From: Thermoplasmata archaeon
GTDB taxonomy: Archaea; Thermoplasmatota; Thermoplasmata; Lutacidiplasmatales; UBA184
Assembly: GCA_021798195.1 (NCBI GenBank)
Contig: JAJZYH010000003.1
Coordinates: forward strand, 2,224 to 66,223
Length of the DNA stretch: 64,000 bases
Direction of reading: 5' to 3'
The position numbers and the translations under genes were made by a program. Below are positions 27,801-38,043 of the stretch, piece after piece. Position 1 is the stretch's first letter. Each line of letters starts with the position of its first letter. The notes below the pieces were generated by a model. That model had not been told where the DNA came from. It worked only from the letters and a program-made list of their open reading frames with translations, and made no database searches.

Positions 27801-28719
27801 CAACAGCTCCTGGGAAGAGCTGGCACTCTTCGGCCCCCTGTCCACATATCCGGTGCGCTTCCGCGAGACCGGGCTTCCGTCCGGGACTCCCTGGTCCGTG
27901 GATCTCAACGGGATCGTCCTCGCCTCCTCCACCGACGAGGTGACCGTGGGGGAGCCCAACGGCTCCTGGGTCTATCTTGTGGGAGGCCCCCCCGGATACG
28001 ACGCGTCGCCCGCCTCCGGCATCCTGTCCATCGGGGGGGAGGGGGTCCTCGTCAACGTGACGTTCACGCCCATCCCCGTCACGGTGTCGTTCTCGCTGGC
28101 CCCCGCGGGCTGCGGGGAACTCTTCCTCAACGGGTCCCCGATCTCCAACGGCTCCCGGCTCGCCCTCCTTCCGGGGAACTATACCCTGCAGGCGGTCTCC
28201 TGTCCGGGTCACCTCGTCGTCGCCGGCGACATCCGGGCATCGGGGAACCTCTCCATCACCGTCGGAGGCACCTTGCCTCCGTCCTTCCAGTTGGATGTCC
28301 GGGGCAATGGGTCCGTCGCCGTCTTCTTCCCTTCCGCCCCGGACGTGGGCTGGATCTCCGGAACCATCACGCCCGCGGATGCCCATGTCCTCCTCAACGG
28401 GACCCCGGTCCCCCTCACCGCCTCCGGGGGATTCAACCAGTCGGTGGCCCCCGGGTGGCACGTCCTCACCGCCTCCGCCCCCGGATTCGCCTCCCAGGAG
28501 GGGGAGATGTTCGTGGCGCAGGGGGAGATCGTCCGGATAGAGTGGAACCTCACGCAAAACGTGTCGACGCCGTCCGGGGGTTTCCTCGGAACCCTGGGAC
28601 CCCCGGAGACGGCGGGCCTCCTCGTCGTCCTCGCCGCCGCGGGGGTCGCCGCGGGGATCTGGATCGGGCGAAGGCACAGAAGGCACCCGCCCGCGGGCGG
28701 GGATTGGCCGAGGGATTGA
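24829..28719 (+). CDS. Large secreted membrane-anchored glycoprotein (Fn3, thermopsin-type repeats, PEGA-like domain)
   Basis: Signal peptide; Fn3 (VAWMPP..DLLPQTTYFFALEAWN); repeats ETGLP.GT.W.V; G.F..W.G.G.G.YSG repeats; C-terminal TM plus RRHRR. Confidence 0.8.
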   Translation: MDPPRSVPFRHVLRSRRRPPVRAGLVLVLGIAMAFTAIPPWGIPSGPFPGRLTPISIRDGGTSPAGTASFNLTGFVLGRAASGEAPLGNVPVRLWAQGNGPFNAPLVDETTTASNGSYGFPSVPAGNYWVAAVPANGFGGEGLPVSDSTNGVTLHLNVTVFPQIPYDNRTFVLPHWDNWSQYDGGYPDQAMKPVLSWTQDGAFYVNASSLLVFYSFANGTAYPIAPWLHLYENIMDYGGFDNELFTTQDGSYLYEFGCLTSCGSSSTITFYAVNVTTGAHVEYNFSGVTDANLVTNGQIDMIGQDGSHFIATLIESDGTVLGYNLLNRTQWTLGHLSFFEANNIYWEAYLNAYVDVQAEGSSADGIVEYQLQGPAPGTRLVPVYTGTYGSGYVSNGVDGTLLNVTSHTLVVAEASNNPNIAAILWEEFGYNASTGILTGMIASNDNPSGTVSGSNYDINGAPCGCASEVERPTIVSDGPGFNVAWNPTFNNSSWIANPGGQGWIDTNVTPINPVSAQHFDAFSTRSAPGFFRNTSYLLSNMNAFCAGNSGNGTRCNIDGDYGSPVGTVWYLWRTGAPEFPFPATSALAQVGAPGAPLLRSVTHQATNVTVAWMPPSSGAQPIVNWTLFWGLHNGSWTHARALFGSNRTTTVTDLLPQTTYFFALEAWNLHWHGPLAYFQETTGAAAGTYNVTLAETGLPPGTPWTATLGGSSNSSSTPEIGFAVPNGTYPFQVDSPVPGPWGTRYIAIPSSGNVTVAGGPRTVNISFALQYHLGTSVFPSGAGNVAPAPGWYAAGARVNLTAWGARGSAFSFWSGTGTGNYSGPDDPAFVTMEAPVNESAYFTPETNYPLSFVWTNPSPGITWSVDVGGISISSTASTITFNETNGTYPYLVASPLSVAPGARVVLTPDSGTVSISASPATVSVAGQTQYSEGISGTPAADGLVYPASGWYDAGGSLTLLAYPDPGFRFLGWTGLGTGSYSGPEDPLPLSTNSSWEELALFGPLSTYPVRFRETGLPSGTPWSVDLNGIVLASSTDEVTVGEPNGSWVYLVGGPPGYDASPASGILSIGGEGVLVNVTFTPIPVTVSFSLAPAGCGELFLNGSPISNGSRLALLPGNYTLQAVSCPGHLVVAGDIRASGNLSITVGGTLPPSFQLDVRGNGSVAVFFPSAPDVGWISGTITPADAHVLLNGTPVPLTASGGFNQSVAPGWHVLTASAPGFASQEGEMFVAQGEIVRIEWNLTQNVSTPSGGFLGTLGPPETAGLLVVLAAAGVAAGIWIGRRHRRHPPAGGDWPRD

Positions 28720-28882
28720 GGCCCCGGCCCTTCCGGAGGGCCCGGCGGCCACTCCGCCTCCCCCGCCCCCGGGACATCATCGCCGTGCCCCCTGCTCCGC
28801 GACCTGCGGCCTCTGCGCCCCGGAGGACCCCAGCGGAACATTTTTACCCAAGGACCGCCAGTCCGGGCGGAGCCTCCTCCTC

Positions 28883-30562
28883 GTGGACGGAATAACAAGG
28901 GCTGGGGGATCGGAAGCACCCACCGCCGCGCCACCGACGTCGGGCTCCAATTCTCATCCCTCCCTCCCTCACGGGGTGGAGTTCCGCGGAGCGCTCGCGG
29001 GGGCCGAGGACGTCCTCTCCCGCGACGCCGTGGAATTCGTGGCCCAGTGCGTGCGCAGGTTCCGGGGCCCGAGGGAGGAGCTCCTCGCCTACCGGGCCCG
29101 CTTCCAGGACGCGGTCCGGGCCGGACGCACCCCGGACTTCCTGCCGGAGACCCGGGAGATCCGGGAATCGGATTGGACGGTGGCGCGCCCGCCCCCGGAC
29201 CTCGAGGACCGCCGGGTGGAGATCACGGGGCCCGTGGACCGGAAGATGATCATCCACGCCCTGAACTCGGGGGCCCGCGTCTACATGGCGGACTTCGAGG
29301 ATGCCCATTCCCCCACATGGCGGGGGACCCTCCAGGGCCAGGAGAACCTCATGGACGCGGTCCGCCGGCGGATCGAGTTCACGGACCCCGACGGGCGGCA
29401 TCTCACGCTGGGTCCCCGGGTGGCGACCCTCATGGTGCGGCCCCGGGGCTGGCACATGGTGGAGCGGCACATGTGGGTGGACGGGGCGCCGGTGCCGGCG
29501 AGCCTCTTCGATTTCGGCCTGTTCTTCTTCCACAACGCCCGGGAGCTCCTCCGGCGCGGCACGGCCCCGTACTTCTACCTCCCCAAGATGGAGCACCACG
29601 GCGAGGCCCGGCTCTGGGACGAGGTCTTCCGGTGGGCCCAGGAGACCCTGGGGATCCGCCCGGGCACCCTCCGGGCCACGGCGCTCATCGAGACCCTCCC
29701 CGCCGTCTTCGAGATGGACGAGATCCTCTGGGAGCTCCGGGACCACTCGGCGGGCCTCAACTGCGGCCGGTGGGACTACATCTTCAGCTTCGTGAAGACG
29801 TTCGCCCACGACCCCGCGAGGATCTTCCCCGACCGGGCCCTCCTCACCATGGACCGCCCGTTCCTCACCGCCTACTCGCGGCTCCTCATCGCCACCTGCC
29901 ACCGCCGGGGGATCCACGCCATGGGAGGGATGGCCGCCCAGATCCCCATCAAGGACGACCCCGAGGCCAACGCCCGGGCCATGGAACTGGTCCGGAGGGA
30001 CAAGGTTCGGGAGGTGCGGGCCGGCCACGACGGGACGTGGGTGGCCCACCCCGGCCTCGTCGCCCTCGCCACGGAAGTCTTCGACCGGGAGATGCCCACC
30101 CCGAACCAGATCGGCCGCCGCCCGGAGGGCCCTCCCCCCGGGGCGACGGAGCTCCTCGCCATCCCCGAGGGTCCCGTGACCCCCGAGGGGGCGCGGGGGA
30201 ACGTCCGGGTGGCGCTGCGCTACCTCGAAGGATGGCTCCGGGGCCAGGGCGCGGTGGCCATCGACCACCGGATGGAGGATGCCGCCACGGTGGAGATCGC
30301 CCGGTCCCAGCTCTGGCAGTGGGTCCGCTGGGGCCAGACGCTCTCCGACGGACGGACCCTTTCGCCCGCCCTCTTCCGGGAATTCCTCGGATCCGAACTT
30401 TCCACCCTTCTCGGGGAGCGGGAGATCCGCGGGGGCCCGGACGGACCCGCCCGCCGGGCCGCGGAACTCCTGGACGAGGTGGTCCGGGACCCCCGCCTCC
30501 CCGAGTTCCTCACCCTCCGAGCTTACCAAGAGCTGGGAGACGAACCGGGAGGAGAAGGATGA
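28883..30562 (+). CDS. aceB: Malate synthase A
   Basis: [50 protein letters not shown]. Confidence 0.95.
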   Translation: MDGITRAGGSEAPTAAPPTSGSNSHPSLPHGVEFRGALAGAEDVLSRDAVEFVAQCVRRFRGPREELLAYRARFQDAVRAGRTPDFLPETREIRESDWTVARPPPDLEDRRVEITGPVDRKMIIHALNSGARVYMADFEDAHSPTWRGTLQGQENLMDAVRRRIEFTDPDGRHLTLGPRVATLMVRPRGWHMVERHMWVDGAPVPASLFDFGLFFFHNARELLRRGTAPYFYLPKMEHHGEARLWDEVFRWAQETLGIRPGTLRATALIETLPAVFEMDEILWELRDHSAGLNCGRWDYIFSFVKTFAHDPARIFPDRALLTMDRPFLTAYSRLLIATCHRRGIHAMGGMAAQIPIKDDPEANARAMELVRRDKVREVRAGHDGTWVAHPGLVALATEVFDREMPTPNQIGRRPEGPPPGATELLAIPEGPVTPEGARGNVRVALRYLEGWLRGQGAVAIDHRMEDAATVEIARSQLWQWVRWGQTLSDGRTLSPALFREFLGSELSTLLGEREIRGGPDGPARRAAELLDEVVRDPRLPEFLTLRAYQELGDEPGGEG

Positions 30563-31896
30563 AGAAGGGGGGAGAGGGGAGCGTCTGGAGACTGGAGGAA
30601 CGATGGAAGGGCATCCTCCGCCCGTACCGGGCGGAGGACGTGGAGCGGCTCCGGGGATCGGTGCCCATCGAGCACACCCTGGCGAAGATGGGAGCCCAGC
30701 GGTTGTGGCACCTCCTGCGCACCACGGACTACGTGGCCACCCTGGGGGCCATGACGGGGACCCAGGCGGTGCAGATGGTCCAGGCGGGGCTTCCGGCGAT
30801 CTACGCGAGCGGCTGGCAGGTGGCCGCCGACGCCAACGACGCGGGGGAGACCTACCCGGACCAGAGCCTCTACCCCGCCGACAGCATGCCCAACCTGGTG
30901 CGGCGGATCAACCACGCGTTCCGGCGGATGGATGAGATCCAGCACGCCGGGGGCTCCGACGAGATCTACTGGTACGCCCCCATCGTGGCCGACGCGGAGG
31001 CGGGCTTCGGGGGGAACCTCAACGTCTTCGAGCTCACCAAGGGGCTCATCGAGGCCGGGGCGGGGGGGCTCCATCTCGAGGACCAGCTCGCCTCCGCCAA
31101 GAAGTGCGGCCACATGGGCGGGAAGGTCCTGGTCCCCATCCGGGAGTTCTCCCAGAAGCTCTGGGCGGCGCGGCTCGCAGCGGACATCCTCGACGTCCCC
31201 CTGGTGCTCATCGCCCGCACCGACGCGCTCTCCGCGAAGCTCCTCACCAGCGACATCGACCCCCGGGACCGTCCCTTCCTCACGGGGGAGCGGACCCCGG
31301 AAGGGTTCTACGGGTTCCGGGGAGGCCTCGAGGCGGCCATCACCCGGGGGCTCGCCTACGCCCCGTACGCCGACCTCCTCTGGTTCGAGACCGCGGGCCC
31401 CGACCTCGACGAGGCGCGCCGGTTCGCCCGTGAGATCCACGCCCAGTATCCCGGGAAGATGCTGGCGTACAACTGCTCCCCCTCCTTCAACTGGGGGAAG
31501 AAGCTCCCGGCTCCCGAGGTCGCCCGCTTCCAGGAGGAGCTGGGCGCCCTGGGATACAAGTTCCAGTTCGTGACCCTCGCCGGTTTCCATGCGCTGAACC
31601 TCGCCACCTTCCAGCTGGCGCAGGGCTACGCCAGCACGGGGATGCCCGCCTACACCGAGCTCCAGGCGGCGGAGTTCCGTGCCGAGGAGCACGGGTACCG
31701 GGCGGTGAAGCACCAGTCGTTCGTGGGAACGGGGTACTTCGACGACGTGGCCCAGGTCCTCTCGGGAGGGCTCACCGGCACCCTGGCCATGGACGGGTCC
31801 ACGGAGAAGGAGCAGTTCGGCGCCGGGGAGGGGGCACGGCGCCGGGGGGCGCCCCACCCCTCCCGGACGGCGGGCGCCACCTCGAAGGCCGGCTGA
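30559..31896 (+). CDS. aceA: Isocitrate lyase
   Basis: [26 protein letters not shown], catalytic [16 protein letters not shown]. Confidence 0.96.
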   Translation: MKKGGEGSVWRLEERWKGILRPYRAEDVERLRGSVPIEHTLAKMGAQRLWHLLRTTDYVATLGAMTGTQAVQMVQAGLPAIYASGWQVAADANDAGETYPDQSLYPADSMPNLVRRINHAFRRMDEIQHAGGSDEIYWYAPIVADAEAGFGGNLNVFELTKGLIEAGAGGLHLEDQLASAKKCGHMGGKVLVPIREFSQKLWAARLAADILDVPLVLIARTDALSAKLLTSDIDPRDRPFLTGERTPEGFYGFRGGLEAAITRGLAYAPYADLLWFETAGPDLDEARRFAREIHAQYPGKMLAYNCSPSFNWGKKLPAPEVARFQEELGALGYKFQFVTLAGFHALNLATFQLAQGYASTGMPAYTELQAAEFRAEEHGYRAVKHQSFVGTGYFDDVAQVLSGGLTGTLAMDGSTEKEQFGAGEGARRRGAPHPSRTAGATSKAG

Positions 31897-31983
31897 AGGG
31901 GGGCTCCCCCCGGTGGGGAACCGGGGGCCCCACGGTGAATCCCTTTGTAGGCCCACGTGCTGAGGCCACCCTCCGGGCGGAAG

Positions 31984-32847
31984 ATGTCGTTCCAGTTCCT
32001 CACCCCCTCCACCCTCCCCGAGGTCCTTTCCTTCTTGGGGGAATCCCCGGAGGAGACCCTGGCGATGGCCGGCGGGACCGACCTCCTCCTGGCGATGGAT
32101 TTCGGCCGCTTCCGCCCCCGGCGGGTGGTCTCCCTCGCCCGGCTCCCCTGGCGCTGGGTCCGCTGGGAGGAGGGCGTCCTTTCCGTGGGAAGCCTCGCCC
32201 CCCTGCGGGACGTGGAACGGGCGCCGGGGCTCTCCGCGCGTCTACCGGCCCTGTGGGAGGCGCTGCGGGACGTGGGGAGTGTCCAGCTCCGGCACCGGGC
32301 CACCCTGGGGGGGAACATCGTAAGATCCTCGCCCGTCTCGGACCTCCTCCCTCCCCTCCTCGCCAGCGGGGCCACCTTGCGGCTCGTCTCCCAAGGAGGG
32401 GTCCGGGAGGTCCCCCTGGACGGTTTCCTCCGGGGTTCCTGGCGCACCGGGCTGGAACCGGGGGAGCTCATCCAGGAGATCCGGGTCCCGGCCCCCCAGG
32501 CCGGTGCCTATCTCTGGCAGAGGGTGCGACCCGTGAACGACATCTCCCAGGTGTCGGCCGCGGCATCGGTGCGCGGGGGAGACCCGACCGGGTCCCGGGG
32601 GGGTCTCTGGCACCTGGCTGCGGGGGGGGTCGATCCGGTACCGCAGCGGCTCCCCCGGGCCGAGCGGGCCCTCACCTCGGTGACCCCCGGAGCCGAGGAG
32701 GTGCGGGAGGCGGCGGAGACCGCGGCCGAGGAGGTCCGCTTCCGGACCGATCAGAGGGCCACCGAGGGATACCGAAGGCACCTTCTTTCCATCCTGGTCC
32801 GGCGCGCGGTGGAGAGGGCCCGGACCCGCTGGGAGGCCCGGGGATGA
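31984..32847 (+). CDS. Molybdenum hydroxylase FAD-binding subunit (CoxM/XdhB-like)
   Basis: AGGTDL, GSVQLRHRATLGGNI, D.RATEGYR. Confidence 0.88.
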   Translation: MSFQFLTPSTLPEVLSFLGESPEETLAMAGGTDLLLAMDFGRFRPRRVVSLARLPWRWVRWEEGVLSVGSLAPLRDVERAPGLSARLPALWEALRDVGSVQLRHRATLGGNIVRSSPVSDLLPPLLASGATLRLVSQGGVREVPLDGFLRGSWRTGLEPGELIQEIRVPAPQAGAYLWQRVRPVNDISQVSAAASVRGGDPTGSRGGLWHLAAGGVDPVPQRLPRAERALTSVTPGAEEVREAAETAAEEVRFRTDQRATEGYRRHLLSILVRRAVERARTRWEARG

Positions 32848-33371
32848 ACTCCGTCACGGTCTCCGTGAACGGGGAGGAACGGACGGTGGAGGAGGTCCCT
32901 CCCGACCTCCGCCTCCTGGACCTCCTCCGGTGGCGCCTGGGTCTCCGGGGGACGAAGGAGGGGTGCCGGACGGGGGACTGTGGCGCGTGCACGGTGCTCC
33001 TCGACGGGCAGAGCGTCCTGAGTTGTCTCCTCCTCGCTCCCGAGGCGGACCGGCGGGGGATCGTGACGGTGGAGGGACTCTCCGGCTCCGAGGCCGCCCG
33101 GAAGGTCCAGGAGGCCTTCGCCGAGGCGGGTGCCGTGCAGTGCGGCTACTGCACGCCGGGGTTCGTCCTCGCGGTCCATTCCCTCTTGCGGGAGGGACCC
33201 CCGGAAGGAGGCCCGTGGACCGTGGAGGATCTCCGGGCGGACCTGGGCGGCAACCTCTGCCGATGCACGGGGTACTACGGGATCCTGCGGGCGCTGGCAC
33301 GGATCCTGGGCGAGGGGTCGGGGACCCCCCGCGAACCCTCCACCTTCCGCCGCGCCGGGAGGGAAGGATGA
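32844..33371 (+). CDS. Molybdenum hydroxylase 2Fe-2S subunit (CoxS-like)
   Basis: GTKEGCRTGDCGACTV, QCGYCTPG, GNLCRCTGY. Confidence 0.92.
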   Translation: MNSVTVSVNGEERTVEEVPPDLRLLDLLRWRLGLRGTKEGCRTGDCGACTVLLDGQSVLSCLLLAPEADRRGIVTVEGLSGSEAARKVQEAFAEAGAVQCGYCTPGFVLAVHSLLREGPPEGGPWTVEDLRADLGGNLCRCTGYYGILRALARILGEGSGTPREPSTFRRAGREG

Positions 33372-35626
33372 CGCGGTCCGATGCGCTGCCCAAGGCGATG
33401 GGCGCCGTCCCCTACGCCGGGGACCTGGAGCTCCCCGGGATGCTCTGGGCCGCCTACGTCACGAGTCCCCACGCCCATGCGCGGATCCGGCTCCTGGACC
33501 CCTCCCCCGCACGGAAGGTCCCGGGCGTGGTGGATGTGCTCACCGCCGAGGACCTCCCCGCGCTCCTCCCCGACGGGTTCGTGGAGGATCCTCCCCTCCT
33601 CGCCGCGGAGGAGGTCCGGTTCGTGGGCCAGCCCGTCGCCGTGGTGGCGGCCGAGACCCTCCCGGCGGCGCGGCAGGGCGCCCGCGCCGTCCGGGTGGAG
33701 TACGAGCCCCTCCCGTCGTTCACCGACATCGAGAGCGAGTTCCCCCGGTGGCCGGATCGGGAAGAGATGAAGGGGAACCCCCACGTCACCGGGCACGTCC
33801 TGGCCCGCCGGGGGGACTTCGAGGCCGTGGCGGCCCGCGGGGACCTGGTGCACGAGGAGACCTACCGCACCGGCATGGTGGCCCAGGTGGCGCTGGAGCC
33901 CCACGCCTGCCTCGCGGAGGTCCGGGGCTCGGACTGGCACGTGATCACCACCACCCAGACCCCCTTCGGGATCCGGGAGGACCTCGCGGACAAGTTGCAC
34001 CTCCCGGCGGAACACCTCCGGGTGGAGGGGACCTGGGTGGGAGGGGGCTTCGGCGGGAAGAACGAGGCCATCCTGGAGCCCCACGCCCTCCTCCTCGCAA
34101 AGAAGACCGGACGGCCGGTGCGCATCGGGCTCAGCTTCCGGGAGGAGTTCCTCTGGGCGCGCAGCACGCAGCCCGCCGTCTTCCGCATGACCAGCGTGGT
34201 GATCGACGGACGGCTCGTGGCGCGCCGGACCCGTCTTCTCTTGGACACGGGGAACTCTCTCCCCGGCCGCGACTTTGCCCTGGGCTACAGCCTCGGGTTC
34301 ACCCTGGGGCCGTACCGCCTGGAGGCGTGGGAGGTGGAAGGGTATGCCCTGCGGACCCACCGCCCTCCCTTCGGACCCCACCGGGCCCCCCTCGCCCCCC
34401 AATGCGCGTTCGCCGCGGAGGGGCACATCGACAGCCTCGCCCGGCGGATGGGCGTGGATCCGGTGGAGTTCCGACGGCGCCATGTCTGGCGCGAGGGGGA
34501 CCTCACCCCCTTCGGCCAGAAGGTCCCCCCCTTTGCCGCGGAGGCGGCCCTCCGGGAGGCCCAGGAGCGGATCCGGTCCTGGCGGCCCCAGCTCCCTCCC
34601 CACCACGGCCTCGGGGTGGCCGTGGGATACTGGTCCACCGGCACCACGGCGGGCGGGGAAGCGGACCTCTTCCTGGGACCGGGGGGGCTCACCGTCCGGC
34701 AGGGGGAGCGGGAGATCGGGAACGGGACCGTGGTGAGCGGCCTCGTCTCCGTGGCCTCCCAGGCCACGGGCCTCCCCGCCGAGCACATCACCGTGGACTA
34801 CCACGACACGTCCCGCGCGCCGTACGATTCGGGGGTCTGGGGGAGCCGCACCCTCTCCACGCTGGGCTTCGCCGTGGACAAGGCCGCCCGCGCGATCCTG
34901 GAGGAGCTCGCCCGGCGCTTCCACCCGCCCCTCCCTCCCCGCACCGAGGTCCGCCTGGCCTGGGAGGGTGGTGAGGTCCGGGTCGAGGGAGGCGGCCGGA
35001 GCCAGCCGCTCCTCGAGCTCCTCACCCCCGAAGAGCGGAAGGACGGAGGGATCCTGCGCCGGGGGAAGCACTACGGGAAGGGAGGGAGCCTGGACGAATC
35101 GGTCGTGGTGGAAGGGGCCCTGTACCCGTACTCCGACCTCACGGCCAGCGTGCACCTCGCCCACGTGGCGGTGGATCCCGAGACCGGTGCGGTCCAGGTG
35201 ATCCGCTACGCGGCGTGGCAGGATGCCGGGAAGGTCTTTGACGTGGATGGATACCGGGGCCAGGTGGAGGGAGGAGTGGTGATGGGCTTGGGGACGGCGC
35301 TCACCGAGGAGGGCCTCCTGGGCCCCGATGGACGGTTGCGCAACCCCGGCCTCCTGGACTACCGCATCCCCACCCTCGCGGAGGTGCCGCCCCTGGAGAT
35401 CGTGGCCCTCGAAGGGTTCCCGGGGTCCGGGGTGGGCGGGGCCAAGGGAGTGGGGGAACCCCCCATCATCCCGGTGCCCGCCGCCGTGGCCAACGCAGTG
35501 GCCGATGCCACGGGGCACCGGGTCCGGGAGCTCCCCCTCACCCCCGAGAGGGTGGCCCGCGCCCTGGGCCTCCTCGGTTCCCCGGAGGGTGCGGCGTCCG
35601 ACCCCGGGAGGAGCCGAACCCCATGA
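33368..35626 (+). CDS. Xanthine dehydrogenase family molybdopterin-binding subunit
   Basis: SPHAHARI, GGGFGGK, GQVEGG, GAKGVGEPP, A..NAV.DA. Confidence 0.9.
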   Translation: MTRSDALPKAMGAVPYAGDLELPGMLWAAYVTSPHAHARIRLLDPSPARKVPGVVDVLTAEDLPALLPDGFVEDPPLLAAEEVRFVGQPVAVVAAETLPAARQGARAVRVEYEPLPSFTDIESEFPRWPDREEMKGNPHVTGHVLARRGDFEAVAARGDLVHEETYRTGMVAQVALEPHACLAEVRGSDWHVITTTQTPFGIREDLADKLHLPAEHLRVEGTWVGGGFGGKNEAILEPHALLLAKKTGRPVRIGLSFREEFLWARSTQPAVFRMTSVVIDGRLVARRTRLLLDTGNSLPGRDFALGYSLGFTLGPYRLEAWEVEGYALRTHRPPFGPHRAPLAPQCAFAAEGHIDSLARRMGVDPVEFRRRHVWREGDLTPFGQKVPPFAAEAALREAQERIRSWRPQLPPHHGLGVAVGYWSTGTTAGGEADLFLGPGGLTVRQGEREIGNGTVVSGLVSVASQATGLPAEHITVDYHDTSRAPYDSGVWGSRTLSTLGFAVDKAARAILEELARRFHPPLPPRTEVRLAWEGGEVRVEGGGRSQPLLELLTPEERKDGGILRRGKHYGKGGSLDESVVVEGALYPYSDLTASVHLAHVAVDPETGAVQVIRYAAWQDAGKVFDVDGYRGQVEGGVVMGLGTALTEEGLLGPDGRLRNPGLLDYRIPTLAEVPPLEIVALEGFPGSGVGGAKGVGEPPIIPVPAAVANAVADATGHRVRELPLTPERVARALGLLGSPEGAASDPGRSRTP

Positions 35627-36777
35627 TGGACCGGAACCTCGTCCGGGAACGGGCCCGGGCGTATGGGCCGGACCTCACGGTGGGGACCATCGCCTCGCAT
35701 TCCGCTCTGGACATCCTCGACGGCGCCCATGCCGAAGGGTTCCGCACCCTCGCCCTGTGCCAGCGGGGACGGGAGCTCACGTATTCCCGGTACTACCGGG
35801 TCCGCCCGGGTCCCCGCGGAGCCGGCCCGCGCGGGTGCGTGGACGATGTCCACATCCTGGACCGCTTCGCCGACGTGCTGCGTCCGGAGACGCAGCGAGC
35901 CCTCCGGGAGGCGCGGGTGATCCTGGTCCCCAACCGCGCGCTCTCCTCCTACGTCCCCCTGGATGCGCTGGAGGACCGCCTGGAGATCCCCCTCCTGGGG
36001 TCCCGGGCCCTCCTGCGGCTGGAGGAGCGGTCGGAGCGGGAGAACTACTACACGCTCCTCGCGCGGGCGGGCATCCCGTTCCCGGAGGAAGTGAAGGACC
36101 CTCGCTCCATCGACGGCCTCGTGATGGTGAAGCTCCCCCACGCGGTGAAGCGCCTGGAGCGCGGCTTCTTCACCTGTGCTTCGTACGAGGAGTACCGGGA
36201 GAAGTCCCAGAAGCTCCAGGACGCCGGCGTGATCCGTCCCGAGGACCTCGCCCGGGCGCGGATCGAGCGCTACATCCTGGGTCCGGTCTTCAACTTCAAC
36301 TACTTCTTCAGCCCCCTCGTGCCCCGGGAGGAGGGCCTGGAGCTCCTGGGCGTCGACGAGCGCCGGGAGAGCTCCCTCGACGGGCTCGTCCGGCTCCCGG
36401 CGGAGCAGCAGCTCAGCCTGCCCCCCGCCGCCCGGATCCCCGTCTACACCGTGGTGGGCCACGGAACCCTCACCGTGCGCGAATCCCTCCTCGAGGAGGC
36501 CTTCCGCCTGGGGGAGCTCTTCGTCGACGCGGCCCGGGAGCGCTACCCCCCCGGGGTCCTGGGTCCCTTCTGCCTCCAGACGTGCGTGGATCCCGATGGT
36601 CATCTCCACGTCTTCGACGTGGCGGTGCGCATCGGCGGAGGGACCAACGTGCACATGGCCCTGGGGCACCCGTACGGCAACACCCTCTGGCGGGAGCCCA
36701 TGTCCTCCGGGCGCCGATGGGCGCGGGAGCTCCGCCTCGCCCTGGAACTGGGCCGGGTGGGGGAGCTCGTCACGTGA
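35623..36777 (+). CDS. purP: PurP family formate--AICAR ligase (ATP-grasp)
   Basis: IASHSALDILDGA, LVPNRAL, ERGFF, TVRESLLE, GPFCLQ, RIGGGTN. Confidence 0.85.
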   Translation: MMDRNLVRERARAYGPDLTVGTIASHSALDILDGAHAEGFRTLALCQRGRELTYSRYYRVRPGPRGAGPRGCVDDVHILDRFADVLRPETQRALREARVILVPNRALSSYVPLDALEDRLEIPLLGSRALLRLEERSERENYYTLLARAGIPFPEEVKDPRSIDGLVMVKLPHAVKRLERGFFTCASYEEYREKSQKLQDAGVIRPEDLARARIERYILGPVFNFNYFFSPLVPREEGLELLGVDERRESSLDGLVRLPAEQQLSLPPAARIPVYTVVGHGTLTVRESLLEEAFRLGELFVDAARERYPPGVLGPFCLQTCVDPDGHLHVFDVAVRIGGGTNVHMALGHPYGNTLWREPMSSGRRWARELRLALELGRVGELVT

Positions 36778-38009
36778 CCGGACCCGGGAGCGCCGCCGCA
36801 CCGGCACCGGACGCGGCGCCTTCCTCCGACCTCCGCCGGACGCCGCTCCATGCGGAGCACCGGGACGCGGGAGCCCACATGGTCCCGTTCGGAGGATGGG
36901 AGATGCCCCTCTACTACACGGCCTCCGGCATCCTCGCGGAGCACCGGGCCGTCCGGGAGGGCGTGGGCATGTTCGACGTCTCCCACATGGGGGTCCTCTC
37001 GGTCTCGGGCCCGGGAGCCGCATGGCTCCTCGCGCGGCGGACCGTGACCGACGCGCATCGCCTGCGCCCCGGGCAGTGCCGGTACTCGTTCCTCTTGAAC
37101 GACGAGGGGAAGATCCATGACGACCTCCTGGTGAGCCGCCTGGACTCCCAGGAGACCCCCCGGGAGTTCCTGGTGGTCCCCAATGCCGCCACGGCGCCGC
37201 GGATCCGGGAGATCCTCCTCCAGCACCGCCCCCGGGAGACGCGGATCGAGATGCTCAACGGCGACACCGCCATGGTGGCGGTCCAGGGACCCCGCTCCCG
37301 GGCCGCGGTGGAATCCGCCCTGGGCCTCCCGCTCCCTCCTTTGCGGTTCTACACGGGAGCCTTCGTCCCCTCCCCGTTTCCCCTTCCGGTCCCCCCGGAT
37401 CCCGATCCGCTCCGCGCGCGCCTCGCCCGGGAGGTCTGGGTGAGCCGGACGGGATACACCGGAGAGCTGGGGTTCGAGATCCTGGTCCCCGCCCCGGGGG
37501 CCCCGGAACTCTGGCGGCGGCTGGGCGCCGCCGGCGCGGTCCCCTGCGGCCTCGGGTCCCGGGACACGCTGCGCATGGAGAAGGGCTACCTCCTCTCCGG
37601 GGTGGACTTCCAGACGGACCGGACCCCCCTCGAGGCCGGCCAGGAACGCTTCGTGGACTTCGACCATCCCTTCGTGGGACGCCCCGCGCTGGAGGCGCAG
37701 CGGGCCCGGGGGGATTACGCCCGCTGGAGCGGGATCCTCTTCGAGGACTCCACGGCGATCCCCCGGCACGGGGCCCCGCTCTTCCACGGGGGCCGCGACG
37801 TGGGGTCCGTGAGCTCCGGGGGCCTTTCCCCCACCCTGGGACGGGGCATCGCCCTCGCGTACCTCCCCCCCGGGCTCACCGCGCCGGGCACGGGCCTCAC
37901 CGCCACCCTGCGGGGGCGAGAGGTGACGGGGACGGTGGTCCCCCTCCCGTTCGTCCCCGGCCGGCCCTCCCCCACGGGACCGACCCCCCCACGGAGCGGG
38001 TTGGGATAA
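36774..38009 (+). CDS. gcvT: Glycine cleavage aminomethyltransferase T
   Basis: RRTPLH, FGGWEMP, FDVSHMG, VQGP, SRTGYTGELGFE, GLGSRDTLRMEKG. Confidence 0.92.
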   Translation: MTGPGSAAAPAPDAAPSSDLRRTPLHAEHRDAGAHMVPFGGWEMPLYYTASGILAEHRAVREGVGMFDVSHMGVLSVSGPGAAWLLARRTVTDAHRLRPGQCRYSFLLNDEGKIHDDLLVSRLDSQETPREFLVVPNAATAPRIREILLQHRPRETRIEMLNGDTAMVAVQGPRSRAAVESALGLPLPPLRFYTGAFVPSPFPLPVPPDPDPLRARLAREVWVSRTGYTGELGFEILVPAPGAPELWRRLGAAGAVPCGLGSRDTLRMEKGYLLSGVDFQTDRTPLEAGQERFVDFDHPFVGRPALEAQRARGDYARWSGILFEDSTAIPRHGAPLFHGGRDVGSVSSGGLSPTLGRGIALAYLPPGLTAPGTGLTATLRGREVTGTVVPLPFVPGRPSPTGPTPPRSGLG

Positions 38010-38033
38010 TTTGTAAACTGTTTTCTTCATAAA
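38010..38033 (+). promoter_or_regulatory. AT-rich promoter with imperfect inverted repeat
   Basis: TTTGTAAA-N8-TTCATAAA directly upstream of the regulator ATG 38044. Confidence 0.45.
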
Positions 38034-38043
38034 CTCCGCCCCC

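Noticed and set aside
33368-35626. Aerobic CO dehydrogenase (coxMSL gene order)
   Set aside because: Large subunit lacks the AYxCSFR (form I) and AYxGAGR (form II) loops
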